Made by a program: the position numbers and the translations under genes
Shown here: positions 13,418 to 23,400 of the stretch, in pieces
Position numbering within the stretch: the first letter of the stretch is position 1
How the letters are laid out: each line of letters begins with the position of its first letter
Assembly: GCA_964252035.1 (NCBI GenBank)
Contig: OZ176214.1
Length of the DNA: 64,000 nt
From: Podarcis erhardii
Taxonomy: Eukaryota
Reading direction: 5' to 3' (one strand)
The notes under the pieces: model-generated
The model's input: only the letters and a program-made list of their open reading frames with translations
What the model was told of the DNA's origin: nothing
Databases searched by the model: none

Positions 13418-14294
13418 TACTGTTACACTTCAGTCTCTCAAATCACTCAGTGTACATCTACATTTTAAAAAAATATAATCAAGCTTGGCAAATTATTTAC
13501 AACAAATGCTAGATTATGGTTGCTTCCAGACAAAGGGGAGTTATTGCACAAATGGATTGTTTGGATCCTATTTTTGTGTGCATGTGACTGGGACACTAGT
13601 GTCCTCACATTCCACTTTCCAAGTCATTCATATTCATTGCTATTCTGCCATTTGCCATCCACACCAGTGGCAAGAGCTTGATGGAATATATTCATGCTGT
13701 TTGGGATTACTTCCCATCTTAATCACTCCTCCGCTTTATTTTTCCATTCTTGGAGCATGGGCAGGTATTACTGCATCTGCATGTGTGCACACTCTTTTAA
13801 AAAAATCCACAGGAAGAAGAGCAAACATTGCTAGTCCATAGTTATGTTTCAGAATGGGGGGAAATTAAGGCATATATTTTTTGTAGGTAGTGTGAGGGCA
13901 ATATCCATTTCCACTGTGTTTTTCAAAAGAAATATTCAGGTCTTGAACAAGAGTGCTCTCAATATGCTGCTTAGCGGGCATAGATTGCGATATCCAAAAA
14001 ATATTAAGAAGCTGTAGGCTTCCATTAAAGTACAATCTCAGATTCCACCCCACACCTTTAAAACAATCAACAAAACAGCAGTAAAATACTTAAATTATCA
14101 TAAAGAAGTATTGTGCAAAATCTCCCTATTAAAAAAAACCCACATTAGTCATTATGTACTGTAATTACAGTTTCTTGTGTACACCCACACACATTTACAC
14201 TGTGAAGATGTTGAGAAAACAGCTGCTTCAAACTGGGTTGTCCATAGGATCCTAATGACAATAACTCGGTAGCTACAATTTTAAAAGTTATTAT

Positions 14295-14732
14295 TGTGGC
14301 GTTTGCCCGTTCGTTTGAAAATGTCTGTATGGGGGAGAGAAAGGGTTAACAGGCAGACCAATAGAAAAGCCAGAGGCGGAGCCTACCTGCTTATAAAAGG
14401 ACTCAGCCTGAGGTTTGGGTTAGTTTTGGTTGGTTGGGAAAGGCAGTTGGGAAAGCAGTTGGCAGTTGGAAATAGAGAGACAGTTAGTGCACTTGGTTCT
14501 TATGTGAGGGAAGGTAGAAGAGTTAGAGACAGGATAAAATAAGACTAAGAAGGTAAAGAGTAACAACGTTTTGAATGCAGTTAAAGTTTATTTGTGTTTG
14601 CAATAAACTACACTCTTCTTTGTTAACTTAAGAACCTGACTGAGACTAAGTGATTTACCAGGGAGACCCTGGTTGGTGGCAGCGGATCAGTGGTGTACGT
14701 GAGACGACCGGGGGCTCTGTATGAATGCCACA
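14295..14732 (+). mobile_element. Solo LTR (438 bp)
   Basis: TGTGGC...GCCACA termini; 5-bp TSD attat (14290-14294, 14733-14737); internal CCAAT, GC box, TATAAAA and AATAAA in promoter-to-polyA order. Confidence 0.85.
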
Positions 14733-14819
14733 ATTATAAAGGACATTACAAGCATCACAGGAGATATACAGCAACATAAATCATTTGCAGTATTGTACAA
14801 GTGAAAATGGAAGTTAGTA

Positions 14820-15137
14820 CAGTGGTGCCTCGCAAGACGAAAAGAATCCGTTCCGCGAGTCTCTTCGTCTAGCGGTTTTTTCGTCTTGCGAAGCAAGCCC
14901 ATTGACGGCTTAGCGGATTAGCGCTATTAGCAGTTTAGCGGCTTTTAGCGGCTTAGCGGATAAGCAGCTTAGAAAAAGGGGGGGAGGGAAAAACCCCCGC
15001 AGGAACTCGCAAGACATTTTCGTCTTGCGAAGCAAGCCCATAGGAAATTCGCTTTGCGAAGCACCTCCAAAACAGAAAACTCTTTCGTCTAGCAAGTTTT
15101 CCGTCTTGCGAGGCATTCATCTTGCGGGGCACCACTG
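14820..15137. mobile_element. Tc1/mariner-type MITE (cagtggtgcctcgcaagacg family)
   Basis: TA-flanked TIRs; near-identical copies at 44042-44327 and 51500-51759. Confidence 0.88.
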
Positions 15138-15602
15138 TAATTGACTTCAATCCAGAAAGTCCCAGAAAATACTCCAACCTACCCCAAACTCCTGCATATT
15201 TTATTCTATATTCTATCTGCACAGGCTTTCCTTGAACCATAAGCTCACTCTTATTACTGAATTTCTGTTTTCATAATACTGTTTATATCCAACCAAGTTC
15301 GACTTAGAGTAGAAGCAGCAAGTAGTAGGTCCCTTGCGTGGAAGAGATGGAAAATTCTTTGGGTGACAAGAGAGAAGGTGGAACTACTCAGCATTTACTT
15401 TGCCTCAGTCTTCACCCAAAAGGAAAACTGTGCCCAACCTGGCGATAAAAAAATAAACAATGCAAGGAGAGAGCTGTAGCCCAAAATAGGAGGAAATGTG
15501 GTAAGGGAACACCTAATTTAAATGAATTCCGATTTTCAGGGTTTGAGGAGCTGCATCCAAGGGTTCTAAAAGAGCTTGCGGATGTAATCTCTGTGTCTAT
15601 AA

Positions 15603-15902
15603 CAGGGGCCTGGGGACCGGATTTGGCCCAGTCACCTACTAAATCTGGCCCGCGGATGGTCCGGGAATCAGCATATTTTTACATGAGTAGAATGCGTCCT
15701 TTTATTTAAAATGCATCTCTGGGTTATTTGTGGGGGCTGCCTGGTGTTTTTACAAGATTAGAATGTGTCCTTTTATTTAAATCTCTGGGTTATTTGTGGG
15801 GCATAGGAATTCGTTCATCCCCCCCCCCCATATAGTCCGGCCCACCACATGGTCTGGGGCATGGTGGACCGGCCCACAGTTGAAAAACGTTGCTGATCCC
15901 TG
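15603..15902 (-). mobile_element. Non-autonomous hAT element inside the CR1
   Basis: caggg...ccctg termini; perfect 8-bp TSD gtctataa (15595-15602, 15903-15910). Same family as 30041-30295. Confidence 0.85.
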
Positions 15903-16070
15903 GTCTATAATCTTTGACAACTCTTGGGAGAACAGGGGAGGTCCCTGCAGACTGGAGGGCAAATGTTGTCACAATCTTCAAAAAGGGGGAGAAATAAGTC
16001 CCAGGTACTGTAACTGCCAACTGCCAATACCAGGAAAGGTCCTACAACAGATAACAGATAATTAATTATA

Positions 16071-16293
16071 CAGTGGTACCTCATCAAGGGTCCAGGATCC
16101 ATTCTGGAGCCCCGGACACTCAACAAGAGAGACACTCAACAGAGCGTCGCTCTGTGTGTGTATCGGTTTAGCGCTTCTGCACATGCGCAAAGCGGCAAAC
16201 CCAGAAGTAACCAGTTCCGGTACTTCTGGGTTTGCCTCGGATGTCCACTGAAATCAACGATCGAGGGGGCGGACATTCGTGGAGGTATGACTG
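16071..16293. mobile_element. Tc1/mariner-type MITE inside the CR1
   Basis: TA|cagtggtacc ... gaggtatgactg|TA; internal cccagaagtaac motif shared with related copies. Confidence 0.7.
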
Positions 16294-16397
16294 TATGGTC
16301 AATCTGTGAGCACCTAGAAAAGGGTGCTGTAATTACTAAGACCCAGCATGAGTTTCTCATAAAAATTCATGCGATACAAATCTGTTTTTTATATATA

Positions 16398-16614
16398 CAG
16401 TGGACCCTCTAGTTCCGTACTGCTCTGGATACATAACTTTCGGGTAACGAACATGGCAAACCTGGAAGTGTATACTTCCAGGTTTCGCCCCGCGCACATG
16501 CGCAGAAGCACTCTGCACGCTGCACGTGTGCAGAAGCGGTGCCTCTGCCTATGGACCTTTCGGGTTGCGGACGACCCCTGAAACAAATTTAATTTGTATC
16601 TGGAGGGACCACTG
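16398..16614. mobile_element. Tc1/mariner-type MITE inside the CR1
   Basis: TA|cagtggaccct...agggaccactg|TA. Confidence 0.75.
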
Positions 16615-16878
16615 TAGTTATAAGCTTGGTGGTTCATGGCGATGTTGTGAACATAGTTTATCTTCATTTCAGTAAGTGTTTTGACAAAGCTCCCCATGAT
16701 ATTCTTGTGAAGCTGGTAAAATGTGGACTGTACAAGGTAATTGTTAGGTGTATTTGTAGCTGGTTGATTGACGGAAACCAAAGAATGCTCACGGACATTT
16801 CCTCATCATCCAGGAAAAAAATGTTAAATGGGGTACTGCAGGGTTCTGTCCTGGGCCCATTCTTTTTCAACATTGTTA

Positions 16879-17096
16879 CAGTCATACCTCGGGTTACGAA
16901 TGCTGCAGGTTTTCGGGTAGCTGACCACGTCAAACCCAAAAGTACCGGAACGGGTTACTTCTGGGTTTCGGCGCTCGCACAGAAGCGCAAAATGACATCA
17001 TGCGCATACACAGAAGCGCATCACACATAGACGCGGTGCTGTAGGTTGCAAACATGCCTCCCGCATGGCTCACGTTCACAGCCTGAGGTATGACCT
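16879..17096. mobile_element. Tc1/mariner-type MITE inside the CR1 (cagtcatacct family)
   Basis: TA|cagtcatacctcggg...gaggtatgac; right end degraded. Confidence 0.7.
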
Positions 17097-17182
17097 TAAC
17101 AGACTGGAGAACTGGGCCCAAATTAACAAATCAGTTTCAATAGGAAGAAATGTAAGGTTCTAAACTTAGGCAGAAGACAGAA

Positions 17183-17258
17183 GTGCCTGGCGTGCTCTGG
17201 TCCATGGGGTCACGAAGAGTCGGACACGACTAAACGACTAAACAACAACAACAACAAA
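17183..17258 (+). mobile_element. BovB-like (RTE) 3' fragment inside the CR1
   Basis: cctggcgtgctctggtccatggggtcacgaagagtcggacacgactaaacgactaa(aca)n. Confidence 0.8.
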
Positions 17259-18164
17259 CTTAGGCAGGAAGAACCAACTGCACAAATATAAGATGGAAGA
17301 CACCTGGCTTACTAGCAGTATCTGTGAATAGGATCTAGGGGTCTTAGTAGACCACAAGTTTAACATGAGTCAGCAGTGTGATGCAGCAGCAAATCAAGCT
17401 AAGGCAATTCTACGCTGCATCAACAGTAGTGTCCCAATCAACAGAAGTCAGACCAAACCTGGTGTACTGTGACCAGTTCTGGGAACAATTTAAAAAGGAT
17501 ATTAACAATCTTAGCATGTGCAGAGGGCGATGAACCAAACCTTATGAGGAATAGATGAGGGAATTGGGTATGTTTAGCCTGGTAAAGAGGAAACTGAGAG
17601 ATGTGATAGCCATCTTCAAATAGCTGAAGGACGGAGGAAGCTTGTTTTATCCTGCTCATGTCTAGGGCATGAACCAATGGATTCAAGTTGCAAGAAAGGA
17701 GATTTCCACTGAACATCAGGAAAAACATTCTGTGAGTAAGAGCTAATGAACAGTGGAACAGACTCCCATGAGAAGTGGTGGACTCTCCTTCCTCAGAGGT
17801 TTCTAAGAGTTTGGATGGTGATCTGCCAAGTATAATCTAGCTGAGATTCCTGCATTGCAGAGAGTTGGACTGGATGACTGTCAGGGTCCCTTGTATTATT
17901 ATTCTACAATTTTATGATTCTAAGACTCACTGAAATTAAGGAACCCACATTGATTAATTTCAATGGGTTTTATAGAGCTAACTTTGGATACAGCTGTTTT
18001 TAGTATACTGTTTTATTATTGTATTTTTGTATACCACTTAAAGAGATGTTTAAATATTTAGCAGTTTAAGAAAGGCTTTTAACTAAATTTTAAAATATAT
18101 TGACACAGGGAATAAGATTAAAACAGCAGTCCACAGTGCAGAGCAGGGCTCTACTGTTAAGAAG

Positions 18165-18525
18165 CTATGTATATTATGTGGAGTTGGCAAAGCTGACAGA
18201 AAGACTTCAGGGAAAGGACAGTAGGGATGTTGGAAAAGAGTGGGAACCCTTTATATTATATTTGCAGAAACAAAGAAAGAATATTGACTTGATGGTAGGA
18301 CTTAAATAAACGTTCACAATTTTATGGATAGGGAACAAATAATGTAATAAAAGGAAAAATATGATATTTGTAGAAAATAGCAGAATATAATAATGAGGAT
18401 AATAAATCAGAAATAGAAGTTGGGGGAAGTCCAAAGGGAGGGAGAGACGTTATGTAAACTGTATGTTATAAGTATATTTGTAATGAGAAAAAAGAAAATT
18501 AATTTATTTTATTTTTTAAAAAAGA
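18165..18525 (+). mobile_element. L1-like ORF2 C-terminus plus 3' UTR fragment
   Basis: YVELAKLT...KEWEPFILYL resembles squamate L1 ORF2 ends as I recall them; G-rich then A-rich tail. A similar fragment lies at ~26950-27300. Confidence 0.5.
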
Positions 18526-19378
18526 AGCTATGCATAGGTCCTGTAAGCACATAGCCATGCATCCTTGTTACCAGGATCAATATCTCATCTCTATCTCATA
18601 CACCAAATTGTTCACTTAAGCGGAAGTCATAGATATTTTCCACAGCTGTTAGCTCATCAGTGTTGATGAGAGGCAAGCTGCGAAGTACAGTAGAGAAGCA
18701 AAAGGTCACACACATAAATAGGAGGCTGTGGTCAAGGCAACCATAAAAACCGACTTGTGAGAGAGGAGTTGGTCCATCTGCAAAAACAGCTTGACCACAT
18801 TTGTAGAATTAGTGGATTTGGTGTAGCTAAGGTAACTTTCGTCATTTGAAAAATATTTGTAAAAGCGATATAAAGTGAATATTTATACTTTGTACTTGAA
18901 TATTTGTATCTTGGTTGAATTTGAACATCTACCGATGTGATACCAGGAAGGACTATTAACAAAGAGGAACTTGGAAATCCAAAAAGTGTGGGCATTCTTC
19001 AGTGAGAGCAAAAAGCACACATGATTGAAACAAAAGCAAACTCCAGCATACAGGTGTTTCTACCAGATGTTTTAGACAAGCTCTCCAAATGAAAGCAACC
19101 CAGTTGTATTCCGGTGCCTGGAAGCAAACATTTCAGTGTATAAGAAATACCTGATTAAAAGGCAGTGTCAAGGGAACAGTTTATGTACAAGAAAGCAGTA
19201 CCAGCCACACTCCAATACTGAAATTTACATCAGGTGACAAGAGGGCCCTGCATTTAGATGGGACAGGTGAACTGAGATTAATGCATCTAATGCTTGTATT
19301 AAGCATGCATTGTGCAAGTCTCATTGCCTTTCAGTAGATCAACTCATTCAACTATATCACAACTTACAGTTTTATAAC

Positions 19379-19503
19379 TCCTAAATGTTTTAAATTATAT
19401 GGCCCACAGAAGGGTCTGACTTGGTTGCATAATATTACTACTGTACATAATATGCAACCAAGTCAGATCCTTCTGTGGGCCATATAATTTAAAACATCTA
19501 GGA
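19379..19503. repeat. Near-perfect inverted repeat: 53-bp arms (51/53), 19-nt loop
   Basis: 19379-19431 is the reverse complement of 19451-19503 with two mismatches. Confidence 0.95.
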
Positions 19504-20454
19504 ACACAAATGCCTAGGTATCACTTTTTCTTATTAAAAGTTGCTTACTTCCTTGTACAACTGATAGCTCCGACACACCTGAAAATCAGGGGCTGCTATG
19601 TGAAAATTTAGCTAAGGAAAAAGAAGTCCTGTATTAGCAGAATCCAAACATTCTATCAATCAAACCATAACCACAAATGTGAGATTTCTTTGTGAAAGGA
19701 GGGTGGGGAGAATGAAAAGACATGAATTCACATCAACAATGTAGGGCTTTATTTTGAATGCTTAACCTAGAGACTGAGTTATGACTTTATTAAAAAGACA
19801 AAGTATCTGAGAAAAATCAGAACAATTATTTCATTGTACAAATTCGTTCACCTGTACGAGGTTTTGCATTTTAGTTTAAATCCTAAAAAAATAAAGCAAC
19901 GGGTGGAAGGAGATCAGGGGCAGCCATTAACACCATTTATTTATGCTGACAAAGCAAAATATAAGCCAGGACATTTTTTTTACATCTTGGAAATGTACTC
20001 ACTAGCAGGGCTCAGACAGTCCCATCATGCACACCAAATAAAACTTTGCTGCTGAAATTTTTAAAGAGCTTATTAAAAACAATAGCCTCCCCAAAGTCAA
20101 CCCCCTGAATGAAAGATCAGACTAGTTCTGATGTTTTGCTGTTCAGATTTATTTTATTAAAGGGAAAATGGATGTTCCTATTTTTTGAAGGGAAAAAAAA
20201 AGAACTGAACTAAAAAAAAAAAATCACAAGTACTACAAAACAGGAAGGTAGGTAGGTGGGTGCTCAGAGACATTTCAAAAGCTGGCAAGTAAGGTAAGGT
20301 AGGGATAAGAGGAGGGAGAGAGATTTAAATATGCACCCCTATTGACAATTTACAACACATTTAGATAATTTAAGTATATAAAAGGCAAGAGGCAGCATTT
20401 CAGCAGCAAAGTGCTAAAAAGGTATGTCACAAAAGAAAAGGGCAAAGCCACATC

Positions 20455-23400
20455 TCAGAGGAAATACGGTGTGGTTGTTCTTGGGGGGATCACACGTTCT
20501 GAGTCTGGAACTGCACGGAAGAGCTTTGGTTCCCTTGTATTTACATCTTTAAATACCATGATTGAGGCAATATTTCCACAGCGATAGCAGTAGTTCGGAG
20601 CAGACCACACTGTGACCAACTTCTCATCAAACATAAATTTATAACCTTCGTGCACCAGCTGGTGGGCTCGGCAGATGAGCTTTAAGTTGTTGATATGGAC
20701 AAACTAAGGTGTAAACAAAAAAATAAGGAAGGAAGTTAAGGAAAATATTTACAGTAAAAATGTTGGAGGTAGTGCACGCGCACACACACATGCACGGATG
20801 CACACGCATTCTATTCCACTGACAAGGAGCCATGGCAACACTACAGAAGCCCAGCACAAACACACAGAGCAGGAGGTGGCGATGTTCTTTCTCTCATACT
20901 AAAGTCTCCTTTCAAATACTCTCTTGTTCTCTCCCCTTAAACTCAGTTTCTCCTTAAGAGTTTATGCTTTTAAAATGTGATCCTGAAAGCCGAACGCAAT
21001 CTTTAAGAATATGTTAACAAAACCAGGCAGCAGTGACACAGCACTAAGGCACTTTCAATATGAAGTAACATGAAGTGCAACCATTTTGATTACTGTATCC
21101 AGACATCCTACACCAGTGTCATATTTTCCAATAAAATATCCCTGAACACAAGATTTACACTATATAGCAGTGTGTTGGAAAAGAACCTAGAAGATGGGAG
21201 TTTGAATGCCCACTCAGCCATGAAGCTCACTGGGTGCCTTTGGGTGGGTCACAGCCTCTCACCTTAACCTACCTCATAGGGCTGTAAAGGTAAAACTAAA
21301 GGGACCCATTAGGTCCAGTTGTGGCAGACTCTGGGGTTGCGGCACTCATCTCGTTTTATTGGCCGAGGGAGCTGGTGTACAGCTTCCGGGTCATGTGGCC
21401 AGCATGACTAAGCTGCTTCTGGCGAACCAGAGCAGCGCACAGAAACACCGTTTACCTTCCCACCAGAGCGGTACCTATTTATCTACTTGCTCTTTGAAGT
21501 GCTTTCAAACTGCTAGGTTGGCAGGAGCTGGGACCAAGCAACAGGAGCTCACCCCGTCACGGGAATTCAAACCGCCAACCTTCTGATCAGCAAGTCCTAG
21601 GCTCTGTGGTTTAACCCACAGCGCCACCTGGGTCCCTTTATAGGGCTGTGGTGGGGATTAAATCAGGAGGGGGAGAACCACATATGTCAGTCACCTTGAC
21701 CTCTTTGGAGAACAGGTGGGATATAATAAAAATAATAGTACTATTAGCACTTGTACCCCCAGCAACATGAATAAGATGGAAGGGGCACACCCAGTCTTAA
21801 CTTGCCTTGTGCAAGTAACAGGATATCAAATGCAACAGTTGTGTGAAGCAAAAACAGAATCATAAAACAAAACTGTTCCCAAAACGCAAACCTGTTCTCT
21901 GAGGCAAACACAGTCTCAAACTCCCCATCATTTCTCTTTCTCAGGCAATACTTTGATTGCAGGCCAGAGTCACTGCCAGAGACATGGTTGGGAAACTGGG
22001 TTTTCTTACCTCATTTGTGACTTTTGCCCCAAACAGCCAGCCTGCACCTCGGGGACTTATGGCCCAGGTGTCCACATCTTCTGGGTCAGACCAAACAAGG
22101 TCACAAAAAGCTCCTTTGTGTGGGATCTCTTGGTTGCGCTCGATAGTCCGAATCTGGTCCAGTGTTTTTATGTCTGGAGACAGGCCCCCATGTACACAGA
22201 GAATTTGCTCATCTATTAACTTGAAGGGAAAAAAGATAGGAGGTGAAGATGTTATTAGGACCACAATCCTGAAATTAAGAAAAAACCTTTGGTGAATGTA
22301 TAATTAGAGAAACAGAGACAGAAAGTCACTTGTTATTCACTTAAAAGAAACCCTTACCGCTGCTACTGTGAGCATGTCAAAAACTTTGGTGCAGTATCTC
22401 CAGGCATTAGCATTACCATATTTGGTTTGGCATTCATCTATTGGAGAAAGAAGCAGGGGAAAGAGGTGAAGAGAGTAATGTTTTAGTGATTATAATTTCT
22501 CAGACTAAACTAGACGGGTTGAAGGAACAACAGCGGAGATAGGAGCTCCCATGTTGACTGAAAACCTAGCATTATCTGTTCACCTAATCACTCATTTAAT
22601 TTGGGTTGCATCCAAAATTCATTATATTCACAACAACCTTATAAAACAGATTTAGCTACTTTAAAAGTTTTATCCTAACTGGTACACATTTCTTGAATAA
22701 CTTGAAAAAATGTGTAATCATTTAAATATATCATGAAGAAAGAAATGCTCAATGAGCAGATGAACATGCTTTTTACATCAATTGTGAGACTTTGACAGAT
22801 ATTTCTTTTTCAAAAAGTAAATTAAATAGTATTGCATGCCCAGCATCACTCAGCGTGCCCACAAACAACCTGCTCCATTTTGAGTCCAATATTCCATTAG
22901 ACAAATCTAATTAAGCCATATTCTTCCTTCACACACAGTTGCAGATACAGGTTCAATCAGTTGTCCATATTACAACATATTTTTAAAGCACTGTTCATTC
23001 CGTGGTGTCCCCGCCAGAATCCTGGGAACTATAGTTTACTCCTCAGAACAGCAATTCCCAGCAGCCTTAACAAACAACAGTTCCCAGGATTCTTTGGGTG
23101 GGTGGGGGCACTTCAAAATATATTGTGAGGAAAATTACACAGAATCTCTATTTCTAGATCTTAGCACTACACATCACTCTAAGATTCTAAGGACAGCTTC
23201 CTACATTATAAAGCAGAAGCTTATGCTTGTTTTAACGACAAACCCCTTGTTCACAATCCTTCTAAAAATGTTCCAAACTCTACAGGAAGGGCCAGGGACT
23301 TTTTCAGCCCAAGAGTCAAGGACTTTTTCAGCCCAAGGATCACATTCACATCTGGCAAAGTTGCAGAGGCCACAGCCAATGATGGGTGGAATCAGAGGCA

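Larger units (their letters stand above)
15335..17925 (+). mobile_element. Degraded CR1 LINE (ORF2 3' part) interrupted by several younger insertions
   Basis: Decayed peptides resembling EKAELLNxYFASVFT, LHPRVLKELADVIS, TGEVPADWRRANV, FSKxFDKxPHDIL, GVLQGSVLGP; CR1-type 3' end near 17925. Boundaries approximate. Confidence 0.8.

Noticed and set aside
16626-17030. 134-aa ORF with RT-like words
   Set aside because: It is a fragment of decayed CR1 ORF2 running into a MITE, not a gene.
19442-19449. Pumilio element TGTACATA in the hairpin loop
   Set aside because: It is on the plus strand, opposite to the PPP6C mRNA.
12400-20400. RPL35 expected head-to-head with ARPC5L
   Set aside because: I found no MAKIKARDLRGK- or YKPLDLRPKK-like coding sequence by eye. 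A tBLASTn is needed to be certain.
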